A stretch of DNA of 29,646 nucleotides, from positions 1 through 29,646 of the forward strand of contig JAHQWW010000032.1 in NCBI GenBank assembly GCA_029856365.1, in the 5' to 3' direction. The translations under genes and the position numbers were made by a program. This document shows positions 9,769-19,282 of the stretch, in pieces (the first letter of the stretch is position 1; each line of letters opens with the position of its first letter). Below the pieces are notes generated by a model that searched no databases, was not told where the DNA came from, and was given only the letters and a program-made list of their open reading frames with translations. Source of the DNA: Candidatus Hodarchaeota archaeon. Lineage in GTDB: Archaea > Asgardarchaeota > Heimdallarchaeia > Hodarchaeales > Hodarchaeaceae.

Positions 9769-10413
9769 TCATTTTTGTATGCTTTTAGCCTTCTTGTATA
9801 TTTTTCTTACTTTTCTGGCGTTTGAATTCCAGGGGTGAAATCCAGGGGGGAAGAATTCGATTTTAAATTTCTTGAGCATACCAAGAATCATAGAAATATA
9901 TCTGAAACCAATCAAAGCCCCAAATGGTAAACCTCGTCCATACATAAAATAACGACCAATGTATTCCGGCTCCCATGTTCGTCCCCATAGCCAAATACTC
10001 TCTGAGAACCGTTTATCGAAGGAATGTTTAAGCCTTCCCTGTTTGGGGAGTTTTGTGCGTTTTTTCTTATCCTTATTTTTTGTATTACGGACAGCAATGC
10101 GACGTAGAGCTTCAATAATTTCTGTAAAACGAACGTTTTGTGGGCAGCGATCAGTACATTCATAACAACCCACACATTGCCAAATAGCTGTTGATTCAAG
10201 GACTTCCTTTCTCATTCCAAGTAAAACCTGCCTAATAATCTTTCGTGGATTGAAATCAAATCCAGCATCAGTAACGGGGCACGTCAACGTACAAGATGAA
10301 CATTGAAAACACTTTTTTAGATGTTCACCCCCTGGTTCATTGACCACCTCATTCTTAAAATTAGGATCGGCGGTACTTAAATCTATGATCTTCTCTATGG
10401 ATATGGTACTCAT
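9769..10413 (-). CDS. hdrC: Heterodisulfide reductase subunit C
   Basis: CFQCSSCTLTCP, NPRKIIR, IWQCVGCYECTDRCP; directly upstream of hdrB. Start likely at ATG 10413. Confidence 0.92.
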   Translation of the reverse strand: MSTISIEKIIDLSTADPNFKNEVVNEPGGEHLKKCFQCSSCTLTCPVTDAGFDFNPRKIIRQVLLGMRKEVLESTAIWQCVGCYECTDRCPQNVRFTEIIEALRRIAVRNTKNKDKKKRTKLPKQGRLKHSFDKRFSESIWLWGRTWEPEYIGRYFMYGRGLPFGALIGFRYISMILGMLKKFKIEFFPPGFHPWNSNARKVRKIYKKAKSIQK

Positions 10414-10493
10414 GATAATCACTTTTCGTGATTTCTAATACATTCAAGTAATTGGAAATAGTCTTTCAAACTCAATCAATAGATGTCGACATA

Positions 10494-10530
10494 AAAATGC
10501 TAATTATACTACATTAAAATGTTAATTATA
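10494..10530. promoter_or_regulatory. 15-bp direct repeat AAAATG(C/T)TAATTATA x2, candidate operator of the hdr operon
   Basis: Copies at 10494-10508 and 10516-10530, one mismatch, 22-bp period, about 80-120 bp upstream of hdrC. Confidence 0.4.
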
Positions 10531-10961
10531 TAGCTTTTTTATATCAATCTTTCTTACTTTGTTCTTGTACAATTGTTAACAATACTTATCTGTAGCGTAT
10601 TGTTATTATAATCACTTTCCAACTATTTTATCAAAAACAAACGGGGATTCTATTTATTTTCAAGTGAGAACTTCATGTGGTTAAATAAGAAGTGTCTGTA
10701 ATCTGATTATAATAAAGGATCCATAAATTAAATATATTCCACAAAAGGTCTTTTGAAGTGTATATTCCATTTAAATACCTTAAATGAAGATTTACCTTCT
10801 AAAATCGTTTTGTTAATTCATGAAAATTCAAAGCATAAAGAATGAATGATAAAGAAGGTATTCTTCTTTTCCAATTAAGATGCAAAGATATAAAAAATCA
10901 ATCAATGAAATCGCTCGATGGTTCTCAACATATTACAAATGTAATAATGGAGTCGTATTTA

Positions 10962-11357
10962 ATGTCCTACGAGTTAGATAGCAAAGCTAAATACTATAAA
11001 GAGCATGATTGGGTCAGAGTAGAAAAAGATGGCTCATGTTTAATTGGAATAACTGATTACGCCCAAAAGGCGCTTAAAGATATTGTCTTCGTGGAACTTC
11101 CAGAAGTTGGTGATACTGTAACATTTGGAGAGGTTTATGGTTCCGTCGAAAGTGTAAAAGCGGTATCAGATATTTATAGCCCCATCTCTGGGGAAATTAT
11201 TGAAGTTAATGAGGAAGTGGAAGACTCCCCAGAGATGTTAAATGAATATCCATATGGAACCTGGTTACTTCGTATTAAACCATCTAATCTTGATGAAGAA
11301 TTAGGAAAACTTATGACACCAGACGAATATGACGAACTTTGTTCTAGTGAAGGATGA
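10962..11357 (+). CDS. gcvH: Glycine cleavage system H protein / lipoyl carrier
   Basis: YYKEHDWV, IGITDYAQ, VFVELP, lipoyl-lysine motif VESVKAVSDIYSPISG. Start likely at ATG 10962 (131 aa). Confidence 0.93.
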   Translation: MSYELDSKAKYYKEHDWVRVEKDGSCLIGITDYAQKALKDIVFVELPEVGDTVTFGEVYGSVESVKAVSDIYSPISGEIIEVNEEVEDSPEMLNEYPYGTWLLRIKPSNLDEELGKLMTPDEYDELCSSEG

Positions 11358-11361
11358 AGTC

Positions 11362-11393
11362 CTTCTTTCCTTTTCAATACCTCTTTTTTTTCC
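11362..11393 (+). terminator. Archaeal-type oligo-T terminator after gcvH
   Basis: Pyrimidine tract ending in a T8 run shortly after the stop, in a convergent intergenic region. Confidence 0.5.
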
Positions 11394-11467
11394 ATTATTA
11401 GCTTCTTATTCTTGATTTCATCTAAGTTCTAGCTCGAAAATCAAAAAATAACCTACTGGAGTTTCTA

Positions 11468-13678
11468 TCAATCCATAGCTTCGAGAACTAATTCTATCAG
11501 ATCTTTAATTTCAATATCCCCTTCTAATTGCTGAGTTTTTGAAGCATCGGTTAGCATACTCGTACAAAAAGGACAAGCTGTTATTAGAATCTTTTTTCTA
11601 GGTTTATCATCTTCTTTATCTTCCGAAAATGAGACCAAGGTCTCTTTGGCTTCTAATATTCGGTGTTCAGAGATACGTGTAGTCACCCACTCTGGAGTCT
11701 CACGAAACATACCACCACCACCACCACCACAGCAGTAACTGAATTGACCATGATTTGGCATCTCTTTCATTCTCACACCTGGGAGGAGTTCTATTATCTT
11801 ACGAGGGGCATCATAAATATCATTATACCTACCAAGGTAACAGGGATCGTGATATGTTACTATATAATTCAATTCATTTGTGAATTTTATCTTCCCCTCT
11901 TCAATAAGCTCAACCAATAATTCTGTGTAATGAACAACATCAAATTCTCCTCCATACTCTAGATACTCATTTTTAATGGCATTATAGGCATGAGGTGAGG
12001 ATGTAACAATTCTTTTGACTTTATTTTTTTTGAACATTCCGATGTTATCTTCAGCAAGCATCTGGAATAGTGCCTCCTCACCTAATCGCCTCATTTCATT
12101 ACCATCATTCTTCTCTGCTTCGCCAAGTGTCCCAAAATCGACACCTGCTTTGGAAAACACCTCATAGGTTGCCCGAGCAACTTTTTGATTTCTTGGATCG
12201 TAAGCTAGTGTATCTCCAGGAAGCCAAAGCAACTTTGATTCGGACTCTTTTATAGTGGGTAGTGTTCCCTCTTTTAACCATTTCACTCGGTCACGTTTTG
12301 GTTGATCCCAGATGTTACCATAATTATATACACTTTCGAGCATTGTAGCAAATGTTGCAGGTATTTCACCCTCCTCAATCAAAGTAGCACGCATCCCAAC
12401 AATCATATTAACATGTCCAATGAGATGAGGACAGGCGTTTGTGCAGGCATAGCAAGTAACACAAGCCCACAAGACATCTCCAGTAATTCCTGATGCTTCA
12501 CCAATAATAGGAACACCTTTATTAGAATTGATTAAACCATATTGTTTTCTACCCCAATTTTTCACGTCTTGAATGATCTTTAATGGAGATAGTGGTTCAC
12601 CTGAATCCTGAGCAGGACAATAATTGTGACAAAAATGACATTTCATGCAAGCCGAGGCTTCAAACAATTGATAAAATGTAAAATCTTCGATTGATTTAAT
12701 GCCTTCAGGGTCGAATTGTAACTGTCCTGCTGGTGATTTCATGTCTGTAAGAACGATATTAGCAAGACCTACTCCAATATGGAAGAATTTACCAAAGGCT
12801 AGATAAGCTGCGCCAATAAAGGCTACTGCGAGGTGTGAGAGATAGAAAGAGAGGTGCAATGCAAAAATTTGCTCATTGCTGGGTGAAAGAGTTTGGAGGA
12901 TTAATGCGAGAGGATATCCAATAAACGAAAAGATCTCGAAATTAATTTCAGCTTGGTTAACTAAACCATACACAATACGAGTGGCTTCAATGAAAAAACC
13001 TGAAATACTAACCCAGATAAGTAACAACAACAGAAAGAGATCCTCGTAACTTGCTTGTGTATAATAATCACGTTCTATAACGTATCGTCTCAGTAATGCC
13101 AAAGCAGTTCCCAAGAATAAGAGTAATCCCGCTAAATCGGCAAAAAGAGAATGAGCCACGTATAGAGGGCCGACCAGAAGTTCTTCATGTAAAAATTCAA
13201 TATATATCCACTCATGGATCGTAGATATAATGGTGGCAATTGCAGCTCCTAGGAAACCCAGCATAATCATTCCATGGATAATGAAACTCGACCATTGCCA
13301 CGTTTTGCGTTTATTAATCCCCGCTCCAATGCCATAGTACAATCTTTTAGGGAATGATCGTGAGAAGATGTTTTTAAAAGCTGTAAGAACAAGACTAAAG
13401 AAAAATGGAATGAATTTCTGACCTTTTTTATCATATTTTCCATGGAACCAAACACGCATCCCACGATAAATGCCAATCAGGACAATTAAAACTGCAATTC
13501 CTGCACTGATATAGATAAGGAAACCAAGTTGGTGCCCATACGTTTCTATATGACGGGGCCAATAAACTTCTCTCCCTGGTTCTTGAAGAACAGAAAGTAC
13601 TTTTTGAATCATTAAGTCCACCAATACTGAATTCATAAGATTATTTGATGCATTTAAATTGTAATTCGACAGAGTCAT
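11468..13678 (-). CDS. Membrane-bound Fe-S oxidoreductase, NarI-like TM domain plus HdrD-like domain (HdrF/FadF family)
   Basis: About 6 TM helices with His residues (IIHG, LSH, KFFH); CMKCHFCHNYCP and CVTCYACTNACP; YHDPCYLGR, CCGGGG, ACPFC. Start uncertain. Confidence 0.85.
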   Translation of the reverse strand: MTLSNYNLNASNNLMNSVLVDLMIQKVLSVLQEPGREVYWPRHIETYGHQLGFLIYISAGIAVLIVLIGIYRGMRVWFHGKYDKKGQKFIPFFFSLVLTAFKNIFSRSFPKRLYYGIGAGINKRKTWQWSSFIIHGMIMLGFLGAAIATIISTIHEWIYIEFLHEELLVGPLYVAHSLFADLAGLLLFLGTALALLRRYVIERDYYTQASYEDLFLLLLLIWVSISGFFIEATRIVYGLVNQAEINFEIFSFIGYPLALILQTLSPSNEQIFALHLSFYLSHLAVAFIGAAYLAFGKFFHIGVGLANIVLTDMKSPAGQLQFDPEGIKSIEDFTFYQLFEASACMKCHFCHNYCPAQDSGEPLSPLKIIQDVKNWGRKQYGLINSNKGVPIIGEASGITGDVLWACVTCYACTNACPHLIGHVNMIVGMRATLIEEGEIPATFATMLESVYNYGNIWDQPKRDRVKWLKEGTLPTIKESESKLLWLPGDTLAYDPRNQKVARATYEVFSKAGVDFGTLGEAEKNDGNEMRRLGEEALFQMLAEDNIGMFKKNKVKRIVTSSPHAYNAIKNEYLEYGGEFDVVHYTELLVELIEEGKIKFTNELNYIVTYHDPCYLGRYNDIYDAPRKIIELLPGVRMKEMPNHGQFSYCCGGGGGGMFRETPEWVTTRISEHRILEAKETLVSFSEDKEDDKPRKKILITACPFCTSMLTDASKTQQLEGDIEIKDLIELVLEAMD

Positions 13679-14060
13679 CCTGAGATATTGTTCTATGTCA
13701 GATTACCATGTAAGGGGACTGATAAACTCAGTCGATCCGCTTCTAGAAATTGACATCGGCCATCTTTCTTTCTTATTTGAAGTTGTCGCGTTCATAATTC
13801 AGCTGCAAGATGAATACTTCATTAAAGCGATGCTTATTTGTATCCAAAGGTATGTCTTTGAACTATAATCTAGAAACATATAGTACTGAAGTTTAATTTT
13901 TTTCCTTGACCTATTTATTATCTAATATGAAAGAAAGAGAAAGGATTTACATTCCTTACGTTTTTATCCTCTTGGATTATGAGATTTCCTTCCTATTTCG
14001 AAATTAGGTCAGTTAAACATAAGAAGAGGGATTCATTTCGTTGATACAAGTGAGAAATCT

Positions 14061-16445
14061 GTGTACTGTCGAATAATGATTAATGGTGTGGTTCAAGGAA
14101 TCGGTTTTCGTCCTTTTGTTTATAATATTGCAAACAAACATGAAATGAAGGGATTTGTTTTGAATCGAGGGGATGCTGGTGTTGAAATTCAAGTCAAAGG
14201 GAATAAAGGCCAGATTGACACTTTCATAAACGATCTGAAAGATCATAAACCAGCTCTAGCTCGCTATGAAACCTTCAAAATTGACTATAATCCTTCAAAT
14301 GTGAACCTAGCCCGATATAATTCATTTCAAATTGCTCCCAGCTCTCTAACACGTAGTACGGAGGGTTCATATATCCCTCCTGATCTTCCTATCTGTAATA
14401 AGTGCCTCTCTGAAATGAAATTTGATTCCCGTCGGATTGATTATCCATTTACTTCTTGTGTGGATTGTGGACCTCGTTACACAGTTATTACTTCGCTTCC
14501 TTATGATAGACCACGAACAGTTATGGATGAGTTTCCATTATGTCCTGATTGCTTAGAAGAATATACTAATCCTTTTGATCGACGTTTTCACGCCCAAACA
14601 ACTTGTTGTTGGAATTGTGGGCCACGTTACTACTTATTAGATAAATTTGGAAATATCATTCTTAACAAAAGAGATTTTCAACATAACTGGCTAGATGTTG
14701 TTGAAATAATTGATGAAGGTGAAATCATCGCAATTAAAGGTATAGGCGGAACTCATCTTGCTTGTTGTACAACCAATGACGATCCTATTCAAAAATTACG
14801 TCAATGGAAGGGGGCACGTGGAGATAAACCATTTGCAGTTATGTCACCCAACATAAATCGCGTAAAAGAATTTGCTATTCTTTCACCAAACGAAACGAAG
14901 CTCCTTCAGTCTTTAATGCGACCAATAATACTTCTTGAGAAGAAGCAAGAATTTCCACTATCTTCATTAATTTCTCCTGCCTTACATAATATTGGTGTCT
15001 TATTACCATATGCAGGTATTCACTTTTTACTTTCAGAGAATATTAACGATCCTGCTCTCATTATGACTTCAGGAAATCCAAGTAATATTCCAATCCTAAT
15101 AGATAATGATGCTATTCAACATCAGCTTGCGTCAATTGCAGATTATTTTCTTGTACATGATAGAAAGATCTATCAACGAGCTGATGACAGTGTTATGCGA
15201 CTTCATATGCTGAACGAATTCGAATATCCCTTACTAATTCGAAGAAGTCGAGGTTATGTTCCTAAACCTATCCAGTTACCATGGTCTTCTCCAAGTTGTA
15301 TAGCACTTGCACTAGGAGCAGAGATGTATAATGTAGGGGCTTTAGGGATTGGTAGTCGTTGCTTCCCAACTCAACATATTGGTCATATGACTACGATCGA
15401 AAATTTAGACTTTTTTAAGTCGACAGTTAATCATATGAGAAATTTATTTGGAATTGAATCCCTAGATGCTATTGGCGGTGACCTTCATCCCGAGTTCTTC
15501 ACTACAAAATTAGGCCAACAACTCTCGTCAGAATTAGATATTCCTTTTTTTCAGTTTCAACATCATTTTGCTCATTTGGGCGCTTTAGCTTTAGAAGCCA
15601 ATGTCGATCCTGAAGAAAGTATAATTTGTGTAACCTTAGACGGAACTGGTTATGGTGAAGATGGTACAATTTGGGGAGGAGAGATACTATTTGGCAATTA
15701 TTCAGGATATGAGCGCGTAGCTCATTTAGAGAAGCAAACTCTTTTAGGTGGAGACCAAGCTGTTTCTAATCCATATAGAGTTCTTCTAGGTATTCTCCTT
15801 TCGAATTATTCACTTGAAGAAGTAACAGAAGATTTTCTAAGGATTCCTTGGTTATCATGGATCCCTAATAAACCTGATTACCCAATCGTAGCTCAACAGC
15901 TTGAGAGAATTATAACTCACAAATCATTAAAGGGCGCTAGTATGACATCGAGTTGTGGACGGCTTCTAGATGCCATCAGCGTTCTCTTGGGCGCGGCAAG
16001 GAACCGAACTTATGAGGGGGAACCAGCAATTAAACTAGAATCATTTGCAGAAATAGCAATAGGAAAAACAAGCGATGTTGACCTTAAACTAAATTCTAAG
16101 CTCACGACAAGTGGAATGATCGAAATTCAAACCTCTCCCCTCATTTACGACTTATGGGAGCGTATCCAACGAAAACAAAATCGTAATGAATTGGCATTGT
16201 TAGTTGAAAAGGCTATTGCAAGAAAATTTGCAGAAATCGCGTTGGATCTTGCTGAAAAGCATGGTGTTACGAAAATTGGGTTGTCAGGAGGGGTATGTTA
16301 TAACCGTGTTATTTTCACTGAATTCTATCATTATATTTCCAAATATGGTAAATCTAATTTCCCTATTGCACATAAAAAAATTCCTTGTGGTGATGGGGGA
16401 ATTGCAATCGGTCAGGTTCCCCTAATTTTGGCTAAAATTCTCTAA
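14061..16445 (+). CDS. hypF: [NiFe]-hydrogenase maturation carbamoyltransferase HypF
   Basis: Acylphosphatase domain GVVQGIGFRPF; Zn fingers (CNKC/CVDCGPRY, CPDC/RRFHAQ..CWNCGP); KGIGG, QHIG, DLHP, QHHFAH, DGTGYG, DGGIAIGQ. Exact start uncertain. Confidence 0.96.
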   Translation: MYCRIMINGVVQGIGFRPFVYNIANKHEMKGFVLNRGDAGVEIQVKGNKGQIDTFINDLKDHKPALARYETFKIDYNPSNVNLARYNSFQIAPSSLTRSTEGSYIPPDLPICNKCLSEMKFDSRRIDYPFTSCVDCGPRYTVITSLPYDRPRTVMDEFPLCPDCLEEYTNPFDRRFHAQTTCCWNCGPRYYLLDKFGNIILNKRDFQHNWLDVVEIIDEGEIIAIKGIGGTHLACCTTNDDPIQKLRQWKGARGDKPFAVMSPNINRVKEFAILSPNETKLLQSLMRPIILLEKKQEFPLSSLISPALHNIGVLLPYAGIHFLLSENINDPALIMTSGNPSNIPILIDNDAIQHQLASIADYFLVHDRKIYQRADDSVMRLHMLNEFEYPLLIRRSRGYVPKPIQLPWSSPSCIALALGAEMYNVGALGIGSRCFPTQHIGHMTTIENLDFFKSTVNHMRNLFGIESLDAIGGDLHPEFFTTKLGQQLSSELDIPFFQFQHHFAHLGALALEANVDPEESIICVTLDGTGYGEDGTIWGGEILFGNYSGYERVAHLEKQTLLGGDQAVSNPYRVLLGILLSNYSLEEVTEDFLRIPWLSWIPNKPDYPIVAQQLERIITHKSLKGASMTSSCGRLLDAISVLLGAARNRTYEGEPAIKLESFAEIAIGKTSDVDLKLNSKLTTSGMIEIQTSPLIYDLWERIQRKQNRNELALLVEKAIARKFAEIALDLAEKHGVTKIGLSGGVCYNRVIFTEFYHYISKYGKSNFPIAHKKIPCGDGGIAIGQVPLILAKIL

Positions 16446-16579
16446 ACAGAATTCATCCTTTTTTCTAGGAAAAATCTTTTTGTTGGAAGAAGGCCCTTTA
16501 CGAATACCTTTAAAACTACTAGCTCTGTATTAACCCTAGAAAAGAATAACCTTTTCCTATCCCGCTTCTTAACCATCCT

Positions 16580-17182
16580 ATGAGAGAAGAGATGAAAATG
16601 ACTGCCCCAGATGAGCAAAAAGAAAAAGGTTACCAAGATTATTTAGCAGATTTACATCAATCATTGAACGTACTTAAGGACCAGTCTTTGCACAATCGTG
16701 ATGAGCTATATAAACAATTAGCAACGGTTGAAGACGCATTGGAGACAGTTTTAAACTGGATAAAACTGGAGAAGAATGGATTACGGAATTTTGAGACCAT
16801 TCTGGAATGGGCGGAAATATTAGCTCAAGAAACTGCGATTAGCAAAGATGAAATCCGCTATCGGTTACGAGTGGTCCTTCAACCTCAAGTTGAGTCATTT
16901 ACTCAAAATCTCACCACTTGTGAATTAAGCGCCTTGAAAATGTTTGATGCTGTTAATAAGGACTTAGAACGACTCCCACATTTGTTAAAAGACTTTCAGC
17001 AGATTAATTTTCAACTACTAAGTATTCTTGGTTATGAACCTGAGAGTAAAACTTCGCACTTAGATTTAGCATTAACTAATTTATATCAGGGACGTTACAA
17101 AGATTTTGAACATGAGTTAAAATCACTGAATGAGAATTTGTCACCCTCCAAAATAGATGAAGACACAGAAACGGTCGTTTAA
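16580..17182 (+). CDS. Hypothetical alpha-helical protein
   Basis: 200-aa ORF with amphipathic helical composition; no recognisable motif. Confidence 0.7.
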   Translation: MREEMKMTAPDEQKEKGYQDYLADLHQSLNVLKDQSLHNRDELYKQLATVEDALETVLNWIKLEKNGLRNFETILEWAEILAQETAISKDEIRYRLRVVLQPQVESFTQNLTTCELSALKMFDAVNKDLERLPHLLKDFQQINFQLLSILGYEPESKTSHLDLALTNLYQGRYKDFEHELKSLNENLSPSKIDEDTETVV

Positions 17183-17246
17183 TTAATATGTTCAATGCAA
17201 AATTAGCATTAAGAATTCCACTCATTATATTATAGTTGAAATCAGC

Positions 17247-17263
17247 CAAAAAGTGTTTTATAG
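17247..17263 (+). promoter_or_regulatory. Putative BRE/TATA promoter for the coiled-coil/MoxR/vWA unit
   Basis: Purine-rich CAAAAAGTG followed by TTTTATA about 47 nt upstream of the TTG at 17309. Confidence 0.35.
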
Positions 17264-17308
17264 CATATTCATAAGAACTCTTCTGATTATAAATGGAAGT
17301 AATGAATT

Positions 17309-19249
17309 TTGGAACGCAAAAATCCCAAATTGGTCTTTATTCAAAGTATTGCAGAGCAAGAACGGCGCTTAGATCAAAAAATATCATCCGAAGCCAAATC
17401 AGTAATCAAAAACCTTCAACGACAACCCAAGTCCTATTATTCAATAGGGGATGTAGAGGATTTAGTTGAAAAGCTCAAAAAACAGATGCAGTCAATCAAT
17501 AAATCAGCTCACACGGAATTTTCGAAGATAGGATTGAAAGGAGTAGATAATCTCGATTTGCTTGGTTCTGAGGCCACGTTGATCACGAATGAGGAGTTTG
17601 AACAACTCAAGGAAGAAAATCAAAAGTTACAAGAGAAAGTATTTGAAAACAATGCATTAGAAATGAAAATTGACGATCTTCATATTTTACTTGATGAAAA
17701 GGAAACAGAAATTGCTCAATTGAAAAACCAATCAGGCATTGATTCTGGGAAAGTTTCGTCACAAATTGAGGACTTAAATCGTCTCCAAGAGACCCTTGAT
17801 GAAGCTCAACGTGAATTGAAGAAAGCTGTTCAAGATCGTGAAAAGATGGAAACTGAATTTGAAACTGTTGGTAATGCATTAATGTCCGCAAGGCTCGAAA
17901 TAGAGCAACTTCAAGAGGTAATTGGGAATAAAGACCAAGAAATTGAGACTATAACTTCTGAAAACAATATCGAAATTGAAAACTTGAAATCAGAGGTTCA
18001 AGTATTAACCACTCAATCTGAGGAGAATGTTAAACTAAAGGAAACAGTTGAAACTCTTCAAAAAGAAATTCACAAACAAAAGACAACATTGAATGAAAAG
18101 CTCCAATTGAAGGAGGATTACATCAATCAAGTGAATCAACAAATCCAAGACATGAAGCAAAACGAAAAACAGCTAAAAGAACAGATTTCAAAGCTGGAAC
18201 AAGAAAATGAAGATTTACTACTAGATTCAGGTGAAACAAGTCAGGAAGCAGTTGCTATTCGCAGTAAATTGGATGAAACACAACAAATTCTTGATCAGAA
18301 AGAAGATGAGAATAGAGAACTCCATCTTAGAGTAGAGAGGAGTGAGAAAGAAGTCGAAATACTTTCAGAACAGATAACTAATCTAAAAGAGGAAAATAAA
18401 CAAGTAAAACAAAATTTTGAAATGTTAACTCTAGAAATAACTACCCAAAAACAAGATTTGGGCGAAAAAACAATTGAAGTAGAAGAGATCCAAGAACGAT
18501 TAGATAATGCCCAAGAACTTATTGACAACCTCCAAAGCTCTAAACGATCATTAGAGACTCGAGTGAATGATTTAGAAATAGATCTGAAAGGAAAAGACGA
18601 ACGTATTTATACAATTGAATCTGATCGTAATGAATTACGGGAAACTCTTACAAGCTTGAAAATTGAGCATGAGAAACAGAAAACATCGTTAGTAGATCTC
18701 AAAACTCAACTTAGCACAAAAGATCGCGAGCTGGAAGGAAGACAAAAGGATTTGGAAGTTTTGAGACAAAGACAAGAAGAAATTACTCAACAAGCCGACG
18801 CCTCTCGTTCTAAACAAGCTGAAATCGCACGCGAGTGCGATAAATATGAAAACATGATAAAAGATCTTCAAACACAGCTGATTGACATTAAAGCAGAGAA
18901 AGAACAAAGTGAGAAGAAGTTAAATGATATTAAAGCTGAATTAAGAGAAAGGGACACAGAAATCTCGACCCTGTCTGACATAAAGTCACAACTAGAACAA
19001 AAATCAGCTAATTTAATGACCGCAGTGGAAACATTAAGGATTAATCTTGCTAAGAACCCCAAATATGCAATATTATTTATTCTACAGGACATTCAACAGG
19101 CAAATTTAACCGAGCTTGCTAAAACTGTTGCCATTCAAAATATCTTTGCAACACGCTTGTTAAAGGAACTTGAATCGGAGGGATGGGTTAGTTTCAACGA
19201 AGAAAATGGTCAGGTTACATTGAAAAAAGCAATCCTAGAACTTGACTAA
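17309..19249 (+). CDS. Long coiled-coil protein with C-terminal winged-helix (wHTH) domain
   Basis: About 480 aa of E/K/Q/L heptad repeats. C-terminus PKYAILFIL..ANLTELAKTVAI..FATRLLKELESEGWVSFNEENGQVTL fits a wHTH pattern. No Walker A motif. Confidence 0.8.
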   Translation: MERKNPKLVFIQSIAEQERRLDQKISSEAKSVIKNLQRQPKSYYSIGDVEDLVEKLKKQMQSINKSAHTEFSKIGLKGVDNLDLLGSEATLITNEEFEQLKEENQKLQEKVFENNALEMKIDDLHILLDEKETEIAQLKNQSGIDSGKVSSQIEDLNRLQETLDEAQRELKKAVQDREKMETEFETVGNALMSARLEIEQLQEVIGNKDQEIETITSENNIEIENLKSEVQVLTTQSEENVKLKETVETLQKEIHKQKTTLNEKLQLKEDYINQVNQQIQDMKQNEKQLKEQISKLEQENEDLLLDSGETSQEAVAIRSKLDETQQILDQKEDENRELHLRVERSEKEVEILSEQITNLKEENKQVKQNFEMLTLEITTQKQDLGEKTIEVEEIQERLDNAQELIDNLQSSKRSLETRVNDLEIDLKGKDERIYTIESDRNELRETLTSLKIEHEKQKTSLVDLKTQLSTKDRELEGRQKDLEVLRQRQEEITQQADASRSKQAEIARECDKYENMIKDLQTQLIDIKAEKEQSEKKLNDIKAELRERDTEISTLSDIKSQLEQKSANLMTAVETLRINLAKNPKYAILFILQDIQQANLTELAKTVAIQNIFATRLLKELESEGWVSFNEENGQVTLKKAILELD

Positions 19250-19282
19250 CATATAATTCATTACTTTGGTTGGGATTATGAT

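Noticed and set aside
4139-10413. Selenocysteine recoding in hdrA/mvhD, known in Methanococcales and Lokiarchaeia
   Set aside because: The ORFs are uninterrupted with Cys in all motifs. The hdrC TGA falls at the natural C-terminus next to the hdrB RBS.
10842-10961. 40-aa N-terminal extension of GcvH
   Set aside because: Family similarity starts at MSYELD (10962); the upstream part looks like promoter/UTR.
11711-11729. (ACC)n microsatellite
   Set aside because: It encodes the conserved CCGGGGGG motif on the minus strand.
17309-19249. SMC/Rad50 assignment for the coiled-coil protein
   Set aside because: No Walker A/B, signature, hinge or zinc-hook motif.
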